A stretch of 27,762 nt of DNA from Cyanobacteria bacterium J06626_4 (GCA_038523235.1 JBCBJQ010000076.1:1-27762); one strand, 5' to 3'. Positions 17,436-26,909 are shown, counted from the first letter of the stretch. Notes: a model not told the origin generated them from the sequence alone. A program made the numbers and translations.

Positions 17436-17972
17436 TCACGCAGTTTGCTCAGCTTGCTCTAACACTTGTAATAGCCGCATCCCCAGCTCTAACTCAGTGA
17501 GGTCAGCCCCGTCATATTGAATCGCAATGGAACTGGCGGCGCGGTTAATTCGCACCTGGCTCACCATGTCTTGAACGAGCAGCAACTTCTCTAAACGCTG
17601 AGCAAAGGGTGCATCGGTTAGCAGGCGAGGAATCCGCAGGCGAATGCGCCCCGATACAGAATGGACAATGGTGTAGTCTTCCTCTTTCTCCGAGGGTTGA
17701 GCGCCATTCGTCTCACCAGCCGGCACCGTCGGAGCATCACTTGCTGACTGCTTTTTGAGCTGCACAATGGCTTGTCGGGCAACGGCGGCGATCGCCAGAT
17801 TCACCACCAAGGCACTGGCGCCCCGCAGTCGTAACTGGGTCGTCACGAACAAGCCGCCGAGCACCGGCAAAATGGCGGCAATTTCGCTATATTCCTCCAG
17901 CCAATGGCCTAACTGAGAACCATGGTCAGTTGCTGGAGCTGATTGTTCTGGCGTAGTGCCTATTGTCATCAT
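17436..17972 (-). CDS. HMA2-domain membrane-associated protein (ATPase partner)
   Basis: C-terminal YTIVHSVSGRIRLRIPRL...VRINRAASSIAIQY is paralogous to the ATPase N-terminal domain; two hydrophobic segments. Confidence 0.8.
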   Translation of the reverse strand: MMTIGTTPEQSAPATDHGSQLGHWLEEYSEIAAILPVLGGLFVTTQLRLRGASALVVNLAIAAVARQAIVQLKKQSASDAPTVPAGETNGAQPSEKEEDYTIVHSVSGRIRLRIPRLLTDAPFAQRLEKLLLVQDMVSQVRINRAASSIAIQYDGADLTELELGMRLLQVLEQAEQTA

Positions 17973-18010
17973 TGACTTTTTCCTGATTTCCCGACAAGTC
18001 CAGCGATCAC

Positions 18011-18080
18011 AGAGAATTAATTATCTAGTATGAAACTCGCTTGTTGCCGGTCAGTGTTATTTAAAAATAATATTTCGATA
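18011..18080. promoter_or_regulatory. AT-rich, Fur-box-like sites upstream of the HMA2/ATPase operon
   Basis: GAGAATTAATTATC and TTATTTAAAAATAATATT; located in an iron-uptake cluster. Confidence 0.35.
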
Positions 18081-18207
18081 GGGTTTAACCCTCACGCTTC
18101 TGGTTGTGGCGGCTCGACAAACCGAACGTGATCGCCAGCATCGAGAGAACATCACGAAATCCTGGCGAGTCATCCATACCAGGGATCGCCAACTAGCGCA
18201 AGTTAAA

Positions 18208-18247
18208 TTGAGAGCTCATATCTCATCTTGAGAGCTCATATCTCATC
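18208..18247. repeat. Perfect 20-bp tandem duplication
   Basis: TTGAGAGCTCATATCTCATC occurs twice in tandem. Confidence 0.95.
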
Positions 18248-18614
18248 TAAGGAGGGCACGGTCATCCCTCGACCAAGAATGCAGCTTGAGCGACTCGATT
18301 GATTGAGATGGTTGGGATATCCAAGGCAGCATCTTGGCAAATGCGCTGTAACGCAGCAGCAGTGAGCCACCTCAATATCAGTGTGACATTGCTAATTAAG
18401 TTGGACTCAGTTGCCACCCCACTCAATCAGCGAGGGCCGATGCCCTCGACAGCCCCACCATCTCACAAACACCCTTGGTTGGACCGCCTTTCAACCTTGA
18501 GGGAGCATCTGTAATCTTTGCCACCGTAGTGGTTGAGCATAGGAAGAAGCGCCGCGATCGCGATCTCAACCTCTCGGTCAAAACATCCACCCCGGCTGCC
18601 CGCCAAAAGGCAAC

Positions 18615-20063
18615 CTACTCTCCCTCAGAGTCTGGCTCAGCAACGGGCTCAGCAGCGGGCTCGGGCGCAAAAGGCGTTGGTTCTGGAGTAAAAGGCGTTG
18701 GCTCTGGAGTAGGAGGAGCCGGTTCTGGGGTCGGAGGAGCGGGCTCGGGCTCGGAGCCGCTATCTTCGTTGGTCGCTGCTGGCGGCTCTGCTGTTGGTTC
18801 GCTCGGTGTGGGTGCCTCAGAGCCAGTGTCTTCATCCGGTGTCGGCTCTTCAGTTGCTTCGTCGCTGGCACTGTCTTCATCCGTTGCCGCTGCAGGACTG
18901 GTGTCGTCGTCAGCTGCCGGAGTAGTGCTGTCTTCTGCGTCGTTTTCGGTAGTAGGCTCGGACTCGTCTGCTGCGGCTGGGTCAGTATCCGATTCTGGTG
19001 ATGCGGGCTCGTTGGCTGTTTGGGTGGGGGTTTCGATCTCTTCGGCAGGCACTTCAACCGAGCGACGATCGCCGCGCTGAGAGGCTTCCCGACTGCGATC
19101 AGACCCCTCAAGCACCATGTCGTACACGATGGGGACACTGGCACCGCCGCTCACAGGGTCAAAAGTAGAGTTCCGGGCAGCTTCGATCGCGGCCTGATCG
19201 ATCGCGGCATTGCCGCTGGACTGCGTTAGGGTCACGCTCCGTACCGAGCCATCAGGATTAATGTCTACCTGTACACCGGGCGTTGCCTCAACGCCATCAT
19301 CGATCGCACTTTGCGGATATTCCGGCAGCACACAGTTTTGACAGGCGACAGTTCGAGAGCCTTGACCCTGCCCCGTGCCATCGCCCGATTCATTGGTGCC
19401 GCCAGGCCTGCCATCGAGGCCACTATTACGAGTAATCGTTTCGGCATCGCCATCGCTGTCGGCGGCGGGGGCGTTAGGATCAGTCCCAGTTGAGCCCTCA
19501 TTATTGGGCGATTCGAGCGCTTCCCCATCAAAGTAATCCTGGAGAGATTGGCGCAACCGTTCAAATTGGGTTGTATCAATTTCCGGCAGAGTAGCAACCT
19601 CAAGCTCCTCCTCAGGTTCCTCGGGACTCTCTGCGCTTTCTTCTTCCTCTTCCGGCTCTTCTTCGGTTTCTTCTGGCTCCTCTGGTACTGTCAGGTCTGA
19701 TTCCACCTCGGTGGCGGGCTCATCGGGAATCGGCTCGGGCTCAACCAGTTCGGCGGGGGCAGGGGGCGGCGGTGCTGCAGCCACACTAGCCGGAGCGGCC
19801 GGAGCAGGATTGTTGGTTTGTTGACCCACTTCAGCAGGGGCCACCTCTGTGGTTTCCTCAGGGATTACTTCTTGCTGAGGCTCCATGACTAGCAGCTCGA
19901 TCGGAGACGGCTCAGCCTGGGCGGTGCGCTGTCCCAGCCAGGTAATCATGCCAAACAGCATGACATGCGTGCCGACTGAACCGGCTAGCCCGAGCAGCAA
20001 TAACTTGCGTAGTCCTTTTTGCTCTTGCTCGTGCTGCTCATCACAAAAATCAGAGAGGCTCAT
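18615..20063 (-). CDS. tonB: TonB-family energy transducer with long acidic/Pro-rich extensions
   Basis: N-terminal TM anchor with SxxxH (GSVGTH), Pro/Glu-rich linker and TonB_C domain (PEYPQSA...DINPDGSV...SSGNAAIDQAAIEA). Divergent from exbBD. Confidence 0.85.
   Translation of the reverse strand: MSLSDFCDEQHEQEQKGLRKLLLLGLAGSVGTHVMLFGMITWLGQRTAQAEPSPIELLVMEPQQEVIPEETTEVAPAEVGQQTNNPAPAAPASVAAAPPPPAPAELVEPEPIPDEPATEVESDLTVPEEPEETEEEPEEEEESAESPEEPEEELEVATLPEIDTTQFERLRQSLQDYFDGEALESPNNEGSTGTDPNAPAADSDGDAETITRNSGLDGRPGGTNESGDGTGQGQGSRTVACQNCVLPEYPQSAIDDGVEATPGVQVDINPDGSVRSVTLTQSSGNAAIDQAAIEAARNSTFDPVSGGASVPIVYDMVLEGSDRSREASQRGDRRSVEVPAEEIETPTQTANEPASPESDTDPAAADESEPTTENDAEDSTTPAADDDTSPAAATDEDSASDEATEEPTPDEDTGSEAPTPSEPTAEPPAATNEDSGSEPEPAPPTPEPAPPTPEPTPFTPEPTPFAPEPAAEPVAEPDSEGE
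18669..18752. repeat. Coding 21-bp tandem repeats (PEPxPxx) in the tonB 3' end
   Basis: AAAAGGCGTTGG(T/C)TCTGGAGT twice, followed by two more degenerate units. Confidence 0.7.
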
Positions 20064-20112
20064 GGCGTTCGCCCGCGTAGATAGATACGTCTCTAAACTG
20101 TCTACATAATAG

Positions 20113-20132
20113 TTGAGAAGATCTACTAATAA
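20113..20132. promoter_or_regulatory. Putative Fur box upstream of tonB
   Basis: TTGAGAAGATCTACTAATAA in AT-rich context about 50 bp upstream of the tonB ATG. Confidence 0.4.
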
Positions 20133-20346
20133 GTCAATGGCTGACAGAAATATTTTTGACGATATTTTTGCAATGACCTGTCAAATGTAACTTTTGAGAC
20201 ATTTTGGCAAAAAGCCTGAAAATTTTATACTGAAAGATTTTGGCGGCTTCCAGAGTGACGACATCTGATTCCCAAAATGCTTAGTGCTCTTGCAATTAAA
20301 TGTCTATAGAGCCTTGACATCCGACAAAGGATGAGGCTCAATCATC

Positions 20347-20365
20347 TGACATAGGTTCTCAATAA
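20347..20365. promoter_or_regulatory. Putative Fur box upstream of exbB
   Basis: TGACATA-G-GTTCTCAATAA, a 7-1-7-like site with a strong TTCTCA half-site. Confidence 0.45.
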
Positions 20366-20434
20366 AATCACACCTTTCGCGATCTCTGACCGGCGCTCAG
20401 CAGTCAGATCAGCGCGAATTAGCAAGGAAACAAC

Positions 20435-21088
20435 ATGGGAAGAATTTTTGCCGCAGGCGGCATTGTGATGTGGCCGCTACTCCTGTTTTCGTTGGTGGCC
20501 ATTACCCTGGTGATCGAGCGTTCGATCTTCTGGGTGCGTCTTAATCAACGGCAGCGGCGGGTGATGCAAGACGTCTTACGCACCTATCGACAAGCTCCGG
20601 TCGATGTTTATCCCAAGCTGCGCCAAAACGCCACCTTGCCGACGGCTCGCATTTTTTTAGAAGCTTTGGAGATTGAGGGGGCCAGCCCGAAACAGTTTCA
20701 TCTGGCGTTGGCGAGTGCGATGCAGGCCGAGTTGCCGCTCTTGCGCCGCTTTAACACGGTATTCGCCACCATTATTAGCGTCTCGCCGCTCTTGGGCCTA
20801 CTTGGCACCATTCTGGGCCTCATCCGTTCCTTTGATGCGCTGCAGCTAGACAACATTGCGGCCAACGCTAGCCTGGTGACGGGCGGCATTAGTGAAGCGC
20901 TGGTTTCGACGGCAGCGGGACTGTTGGTGGCCATTTTTACGCTGCTATTTGCTAATCTGTTTCGCGGATTTTATCGGCGACAGATTGCCATGATTCAGGA
21001 ATATGGCGGCCAGTTCGAGATTCTCTACGAGACTCACTACGAACGTCAGCAGCAGCTCAAGCGGCAGGAGAGCTATGTACATTCCTGA
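20435..21088 (+). CDS. exbB: MotA/TolQ/ExbB proton channel protein
   Basis: GGIVMWPL, SPLLGLLGTILG and GGISEALVSTAAGL. AAGGA ribosome-binding site. Confidence 0.93.
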   Translation: MGRIFAAGGIVMWPLLLFSLVAITLVIERSIFWVRLNQRQRRVMQDVLRTYRQAPVDVYPKLRQNATLPTARIFLEALEIEGASPKQFHLALASAMQAELPLLRRFNTVFATIISVSPLLGLLGTILGLIRSFDALQLDNIAANASLVTGGISEALVSTAAGLLVAIFTLLFANLFRGFYRRQIAMIQEYGGQFEILYETHYERQQQLKRQESYVHS

Positions 21089-21479
21089 AGAGTCGGAAGA
21101 CGAGTTTGAATTGAATATCGTGCCGATGATTGACGTCATCTTTGCCATCCTGACGTTTTTTATCATTTCGAGTTTGTTTCTCACTCGGTCGGAATCTTTA
21201 CCCGTCAATCTGCCGAAAGCCGATAGCGCCGAGGTGCAACAGCGGACTCGGATTACGGTGACGGTAGAAGCTTCAGGCGCGATCGCCCTCAATCGAGACA
21301 GCATTGAACTAGACGAGCTACAGTCTGGCGTTCGCGAGTTGATGGATGAAGTTCAAGAATCGGTCATTGTGATTAATGCCGACGAAGCAGTTAACCATGG
21401 GCGGGTGATTGCGGTGATGGACGAGCTGCGCGTGATTGAAGGCGCCGCGCTCGGCATTGCCACGGAACAGGAGCAGTAA
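21075..21479 (+). CDS. exbD: Biopolymer transport protein ExbD
   Basis: LNIVPMIDVIFAILTFFI, VNLPKA and INADEAVNHGRVIAVMD. ATG 21075 with AGGAG overlaps the exbB end. Confidence 0.93.
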   Translation: MYIPEESEDEFELNIVPMIDVIFAILTFFIISSLFLTRSESLPVNLPKADSAEVQQRTRITVTVEASGAIALNRDSIELDELQSGVRELMDEVQESVIVINADEAVNHGRVIAVMDELRVIEGAALGIATEQEQ

Positions 21480-21484
21480 TCACT

Positions 21485-22495
21485 GTGCAGTCAAGTTCAC
21501 TTCGTGACACGCGATCGCCGCTGCTGCTGGGGCTGGGGCTCGTGGCGGGTAGCGGTTTGTTACTGGGGTCTCTCCTCTTAGGCATTTTGCTCGGGGCCGC
21601 GGACATTGATGCCACTACGGTTTGGCAGGCGATCTTCCAGTTTGATGGTTCTACTGAACATCTGATTATCCGCACGGTGCGGCTACCCCGAGCCCTGCTC
21701 GCAGTCGTGGTTGGCGCGGCCCTCGCCGCCGCCGGGACGATTACTCAAGGCTTGACCCGCAATCCGCTGGCGGCCCCCGATATTTTAGGCATCAACGTCG
21801 GCGCTTCCCTAGCGATGGTGCTCGCCGTATTTCTCGGCAGCGATAGCCGCAGCCACGTCTGGTTTGCCTTTGGGGGTGCCGCGATCGCGGCAGTCACCGT
21901 CTACTGGCTAGGCTCCATGGGCCGTCAGGGCATGACGCCCCTTAAACTCGTCATTTCCGGCGCGGCGCTGACCGCTCTCCTTAGCTCCCTCACGACCGCC
22001 ATTTTGCTGCTCAGTCAGCAAACCCTAGAGGAAATTCGCTTTTGGCTGGCCGGGTCGCTGGCCGGTCAGGAAATGGCTGAACTGTGGCCAGTGCTACCCT
22101 ACATTGCTTTGGGACTCGCCGGGGCGCTGACACTGGGTCGGCAGTTGACCCTCATGTCTTTGGGAGAAGATGTCGCTCAGGGCTTAGGACTCCAAACTGC
22201 CGGAGTTAAAATCGCTGCAGCTGTCGTGGTGGTGCTCTTAGCCGGCAGTGCGGTGGCATTAGCGGGGCCGATCGGCTTTGTCGGGTTGGTCGTGCCCCAT
22301 ATCATTCGCATCGGCGTCGGCATGGACTACCGCTGGATATTGCCCTACGCCATGCTGGTGGGCGGCATTCTGCTCTCCGTGGCCGATATTGCGGCGCGAC
22401 TCGTGATTCGTCCCCAAGAACTGCCCGTCGGCATCATGACAGCGCTAGTCGGGGCGCCGTTCTTTATCTATCTGGCGCGATCGCGCATCAGATAG
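21485..22495 (+). CDS. fecC: Iron-siderophore ABC transporter permease (FecC/FhuB-like)
   Basis: RLPRALL, QGLTRNPLAAPDILG, GPIGFVGLVVPH and ELPVGIMTALVGAPFF. Confidence 0.88.
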   Translation: MQSSSLRDTRSPLLLGLGLVAGSGLLLGSLLLGILLGAADIDATTVWQAIFQFDGSTEHLIIRTVRLPRALLAVVVGAALAAAGTITQGLTRNPLAAPDILGINVGASLAMVLAVFLGSDSRSHVWFAFGGAAIAAVTVYWLGSMGRQGMTPLKLVISGAALTALLSSLTTAILLLSQQTLEEIRFWLAGSLAGQEMAELWPVLPYIALGLAGALTLGRQLTLMSLGEDVAQGLGLQTAGVKIAAAVVVVLLAGSAVALAGPIGFVGLVVPHIIRIGVGMDYRWILPYAMLVGGILLSVADIAARLVIRPQELPVGIMTALVGAPFFIYLARSRIR

Positions 22496-22502
22496 ATAAA
22501 GA

Positions 22503-22574
22503 ACGGGCGAGACATTTTCGACTGCACGTTTTGGTCTGGATAGAGATATTTGGGCGAAAAGGCCTCGCCCCTAC
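22503..22574 (+). repeat. REP-like palindromic element, copy 1 (followed by CCATCCAC-type short repeats)
   Basis: ACGGGCGAGACATTTTC...GAAAAGGCCTCGCCCCTAC is similar over its full length to 24194-24266. Confidence 0.8.
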
Positions 22575-22607
22575 CCATCCACCCGTCCACCCATCCATCC
22601 CCTCCTC

Positions 22608-23651
22608 ATGCACCCCTCTAAACCCTGGCGCTCCGTCCGACTACAGCGATTCCCCATTTCCTTTCGGGTCGATCGCCGGGTGGTAGGCGTCCTAGCAATT
22701 TTGGTGGGTGTGGCTAGCTTGGCCTTAGTCGTCAATGTTAGCCGGGGTGAATATCCCGTACCGTTGTGGGCCGTGGTCAAAACCATTTTCGGGCTGCCGA
22801 CCACCTCAGACTACGCCTTTGTCGTCAACACGCTGCGGTTACCCCGTGCCCTGATTGCGCTGCTGGTGGGCATGGGACTCGCCACCGCTGGCACTATTCT
22901 GCAGGGGCTCACGCGCAATCCGCTGGCGGCACCGGGCATCATCGGCATCAACTCAGGAGCCAGCCTGGTGGCCGTCGCGTTCATCGTCTTGTGGCCAGGG
23001 TTACCAGTAGGGTGGTTGCCTTTGGCCGCCTTTGTGGGAGCCCTGCTGGCCGCGATCGCGATTTATCTGCTCGCGTGGAACAAAGGCAGCTCACCCGTGC
23101 GGCTCATTTTGGTGGGCGTGGGTCTCACCACCCTGACGGGGGCTTGTACCACCCTGATGATTACCTTTGGCAATATCTATGACGTGAGTCAGGCTCTGGT
23201 TTGGTTGACTGGCAGCGTTTATGGTCGCAGTTGGGCTAATTTCTGGCCGCTGCTGCCTTGGATGCTGTTATTTATGCCGCTGGCAATGGTGCTGGCGCGC
23301 GACCTCGATACCCTGAGCCTGGGTGATGGTCTAGCTAAGGGACTAGGCAACCGGGTGGAATGGACTCGTTCGCTACTGTTACTCTGCACCGCCGCACTGG
23401 CGGGCTCGGCGGTGGCCACCGCTGGCACGATTGGCTTTGTCGGCCTCATGGCCCCACACTTAGCCCGACAATTGGTAGGCCCCTCCCACGCGGGGCTGAT
23501 TCCGGTGGCGGCGTTAACCGGCGCCTGCATCGTCGAGCTGGCCGATCTGGTCGGTCGATTGCTGTTTGCCCCGATTGAGTTGCCCTGTGGCATTATCACT
23601 GCGGTGATCGGAGCACCTTACTTTCTATGGTTGTTGTACCGTAATGCTTAG
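22608..23651 (+). CDS. fecD: Iron-siderophore ABC transporter permease (FecD/FhuG-like)
   Basis: RLPRALIA, QGLTRNPLAAPGIIG, WLTGSVYG, GTIGFVGLMAPH and ELPCGIITAVIGAPYF. Confidence 0.88.
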   Translation: MHPSKPWRSVRLQRFPISFRVDRRVVGVLAILVGVASLALVVNVSRGEYPVPLWAVVKTIFGLPTTSDYAFVVNTLRLPRALIALLVGMGLATAGTILQGLTRNPLAAPGIIGINSGASLVAVAFIVLWPGLPVGWLPLAAFVGALLAAIAIYLLAWNKGSSPVRLILVGVGLTTLTGACTTLMITFGNIYDVSQALVWLTGSVYGRSWANFWPLLPWMLLFMPLAMVLARDLDTLSLGDGLAKGLGNRVEWTRSLLLLCTAALAGSAVATAGTIGFVGLMAPHLARQLVGPSHAGLIPVAALTGACIVELADLVGRLLFAPIELPCGIITAVIGAPYFLWLLYRNA

Positions 23652-23744
23652 ATCGATTGCGCTCCATAACGATGGTGGCGATTGCCCTTGATAACCAGCC
23701 CGCCTAGCAGTTGGCTAACTACCCCAAACTCATATTTGAACGCT

Positions 23745-24179
23745 ATGAAAGACCTCGATACTCAACGCACCATCGAAATGCTTAATCAGATTATGAAATT
23801 CGAGTTGGCAGGCGTGGTGCGCTACACCCACTATTCCTTAATGGTGACCGGCCCCAACCGGATTCCGATCGTCGATTTTTTTAAGGCCCAGGCCAGTGAG
23901 TCATTGCTGCACGCCCAAGAAGCGGGGGAAATTGTCACGGGCTTAGAAGGCCATCCTCAGCAGCGTATTGCTCAGATTGAAGAGACCCACCAACATGCAG
24001 TCACCGATTTGCTGCAAGAAAGCCTCAACCATGAACAAAAAGCCTTAGACATGTACAAACAACTTTTGGGGGTGGTCGAAGACGCCAGCATTTATCTAGA
24101 GGAGTATGCCCGCACCAAAATTGGTCAGGAAGAACTCCACAATCTGGAGATTAAAAAGATGCTGCGCGACTTTAGCTAG
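23745..24179 (+). CDS. bfr: Bacterioferritin-like ferritin-family protein
   Basis: Ferroxidase-type motifs ELAGVVRYTHY, ESLLHA, EQKA and EELH; 144 aa from ATG 23745. Confidence 0.8.
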   Translation: MKDLDTQRTIEMLNQIMKFELAGVVRYTHYSLMVTGPNRIPIVDFFKAQASESLLHAQEAGEIVTGLEGHPQQRIAQIEETHQHAVTDLLQESLNHEQKALDMYKQLLGVVEDASIYLEEYARTKIGQEELHNLEIKKMLRDFS

Positions 24180-24193
24180 GGGGCGGCAAATCA

Positions 24194-24266
24194 GTAGGGG
24201 CGAGGCATTTTCAACCACACGTTTTGGTCTGAGCCGAGATATTAGGACGAAAAGGCCTCGCCCGTA
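24194..24266 (+). repeat. REP-like palindromic element, copy 2
   Basis: GTAGGGGCGAGGCATTTTC...GAAAAGGCCTCGCCCGTA; begins with the REP GTAG tetranucleotide. Confidence 0.8.
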
Positions 24267-24397
24267 TGGAATAAGTGAGTGGCTGCAGGAATCAGGGGGC
24301 AGAGGTTGGCCTGAAATCTTGAGCCTTGCCCCTAAACCCCTGAACCCTCTCCTCATCTAATCGATAGCGCTATTTTTTCGAGTTGGTATGAACCACC

Positions 24398-25204
24398 ATG
24401 ATGCTTGATACTGCCACAACAGTTGCCCTGACCACCCGTAAGCTGACGCTGGCTTACGACGGCAACACCGTCATTCAGGGGCTCGATTTGGCCATTCCGC
24501 AGGGGCGAATCACCACCCTTGTGGGGCCGAATGGCTGTGGCAAATCCACCTTGTTGCGCGGTCTCGCCCGCCTCCTGAAACCCCAAAGCGGCACCGTGTA
24601 TTTGGCTGGGGAAGCGATCGCCCATCTGCCCAGCAAAACTCTGGCCCGACGCCTGGGCATTTTGCCGCAAAGCCCCAGTGCGCCCGAAGGGTTGACGGTG
24701 CGTGAACTGGTGGCACAGGGCCGGTATCCCTACCAAAACTGGCTGCAACAATGGTCGCGCGAAGATGAGTTAAAAGTGGAAGCGGCGATCGCCACTACCC
24801 ATCTAGAAGGATTTGCCAATCGGCCTCTCGACACCCTCTCGGGTGGTCAGCGACAACGCGCCTGGATCGCCATGGCCCTGGCCCAAGATACCGATATCCT
24901 CTTGTTGGATGAGCCCACCACCTATCTCGATGTCGCCCATCAAATTGAAGTGTTAGACCTGCTCTATCACCTCAATCAAAGCGCCCATCGCACCATTGTG
25001 ATGGTGCTCCACGATCTAAATATTGCGGGGCGCTACAGTCATCATTTGATCGCTCTGCGACAGGGAGAGGTGCTGGCCCAAGGGACTCCTGCTGAAGTGA
25101 TTACTGAATCACTGGTCAAACAGGTCTTTGATCTTGACAGTCGCATCATCACTGACCCGGTTTCAGGAACGCCACTCTGTATCCCCATCAGTCAGTTTTT
25201 GTAA
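24398..25204 (+). CDS. fecE: Iron-siderophore ABC transporter ATP-binding protein (FecE/FhuC-like)
   Basis: Walker [10 protein letters not shown], signature [17 protein letters not shown], Walker [12 protein letters not shown] and H-loop VLHDLN. Confidence 0.9.
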   Translation: MMLDTATTVALTTRKLTLAYDGNTVIQGLDLAIPQGRITTLVGPNGCGKSTLLRGLARLLKPQSGTVYLAGEAIAHLPSKTLARRLGILPQSPSAPEGLTVRELVAQGRYPYQNWLQQWSREDELKVEAAIATTHLEGFANRPLDTLSGGQRQRAWIAMALAQDTDILLLDEPTTYLDVAHQIEVLDLLYHLNQSAHRTIVMVLHDLNIAGRYSHHLIALRQGEVLAQGTPAEVITESLVKQVFDLDSRIITDPVSGTPLCIPISQFL

Positions 25205-25697
25205 GCGCTATGGGGATTGAAAACCCCTGATGAAAAGTACTTTTAGGGAACAACCCATTTAGCAACTGAGCGTCGCCGCCATACCAAAGGCATGAGCGTA
25301 GTGCACCATTTCGACGGCATTTTCTCGGCGAGAAATTGTGTTTATGGAGCATGCTCCAATGACGGGAAAGAAAACCCATCGCCGTTAGGTCAAAACACGG
25401 CTGATCGCTGCAGTCGTTATTTAACTGGCTGCTCAAGGCCGCCGGCTCTTGCCCCTGCCCGACGGTATTTTCCTGCAGGAAACGTCAACACTAGAGACGC
25501 GGTCTGGGTCAACTCTCCGCAGCCAAATCGACATCCACGGCCTCATGGGGCACTGCAGCCTACCCAAATGTGCCAGGATCATAGGGGCTGTGTGCTAGAT
25601 CACAAAATACAGCTTCTAAAATCACTTGTGGCATTTGATCGGGTCACGGAGATAGCCTGGCTGACTCGATAGAATATGGCATACGCAGGATTTTTTT

Positions 25698-25814
25698 ATG
25701 GCGATGTCTAAATTGTGTAAGAAACCTCTCAAGAACAACCCTTTCTCAACTTACCGAGACCCGGTTACGGGCAAATGGGTTGTGGTGAACAAATCTCCCA
25801 AACTGGCCTACTAA
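25698..25814 (+). CDS. Small hypothetical protein, 38 aa (below the ORF-track cutoff)
   Basis: MAMSKLCKKPLKNNPFSTYRDPVTGKWVVVNKSPKLAY*. AGGA lies 7 nt upstream and a TAGAAT -10-like box is at about 25670. Confidence 0.7.
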   Translation: MAMSKLCKKPLKNNPFSTYRDPVTGKWVVVNKSPKLAY

Positions 25815-25946
25815 GGAAGGGCTCTTGAGAGCGTAAACCGTTTGCTAAGCAATTAGATAGAGGCGATCGCGTAGGCATTTCTGAGCAATTCCCCCGTCTG
25901 TCACTATAATCTTTGAAGCATGATCGCCCCTGAGGATTTAGATTGA

Positions 25947-26909
25947 GTGACTTCTTTGAATGTCCGTGGTTTGTATCCGCCCATTACGCCATACTACACG
26001 GACTTTCTCTCAGTTTCTGAACGACACGCCCTATACGTTGAAGCTTCAGGAAATCCTAACGGTAAGCCCGTCATTTTTCTGCATGGTGGGCCGGGCGGCG
26101 GTACGACGCCCCTTTATCGGCAATTCTTTGACCCTGAGCGGTGGCACATTATTTTGTTTGACCAGCGGGGATGCGGCCAAAGTCGCCCCCATGCGGACTT
26201 GCAAGAAAACACCACGTGGCATCTAGTTGCCGATATCGAGAAAATTCGTCAGCATTTTGGCGTCGACCAATGGGTGGTGTTTGGTGGCAGTTGGGGCAGC
26301 ACATTGGCGCTGGCCTACGCTCAAACCCATCCTGAGCAATGCCGGGGCCTGATCCTCAGAGGCATTTTCACCCTACGTCCTGAAGAGATTCAGTGGTTTT
26401 ATCAATCGGGGGCAAGTTACCTGTTTCCCGATGCTTGGGAAACCTACCTGGCCCCGATTCCGCCCGAAGAACGCCACGACTTATTGGCAGCCTATCACCG
26501 TCGATTAACCCACCCAGATCCGGCAGTGCAGTTAGAGGCTGCTCGGGCTTGGTCAATTTGGGAAGCCAGCACCAGCAAACTCATTCCCGATCAGGCATTG
26601 GTTAATCGCTTTGGCGAAGCTGATTTTGCCACCGCCTTCGCTCGCATCGAATGTCACTATTTTATGAATGGGGGGTTTTTCGAAACGCCTAACCAGTTGA
26701 TTGTCCATGCGGATCGCTTGCAATCAATTCCGGGTGTCATCGTCCAAGGTCGCTATGACGTCGTTTGTCCGATGAAAACTGCCTGGGAGTTGCACCAAGC
26801 CTGGCCCGAAGCTGAGTTTGTAGTGGTGCCCAATGCCGGACATTCAGCCACTGAGCCAGGCATTATCAGTGCCTTGGTAGAGGCCAGCGATCGCTTTGCC
26901 AGCCTGTGA
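25947..26909 (+). CDS. pip: Proline iminopeptidase
   Basis: LHGGPGGG, FDQRGCGQS, VFGGSWGSTL, LRGIF, QGRYDVVCP and AGHS. Confidence 0.96.
   Translation: MTSLNVRGLYPPITPYYTDFLSVSERHALYVEASGNPNGKPVIFLHGGPGGGTTPLYRQFFDPERWHIILFDQRGCGQSRPHADLQENTTWHLVADIEKIRQHFGVDQWVVFGGSWGSTLALAYAQTHPEQCRGLILRGIFTLRPEEIQWFYQSGASYLFPDAWETYLAPIPPEERHDLLAAYHRRLTHPDPAVQLEAARAWSIWEASTSKLIPDQALVNRFGEADFATAFARIECHYFMNGGFFETPNQLIVHADRLQSIPGVIVQGRYDVVCPMKTAWELHQAWPEAEFVVVPNAGHSATEPGIISALVEASDRFASL

Noticed and set aside
18475..19144. 201-aa and 188-aa ORFs overlapping tonB
   Set aside because: Alternative frames of low-complexity repeat coding sequence.
25188..25672. 82-aa and 126-aa ORFs after fecE
   Set aside because: No ribosome-binding site or protein features; more likely the upstream region of the 38-aa ORF.
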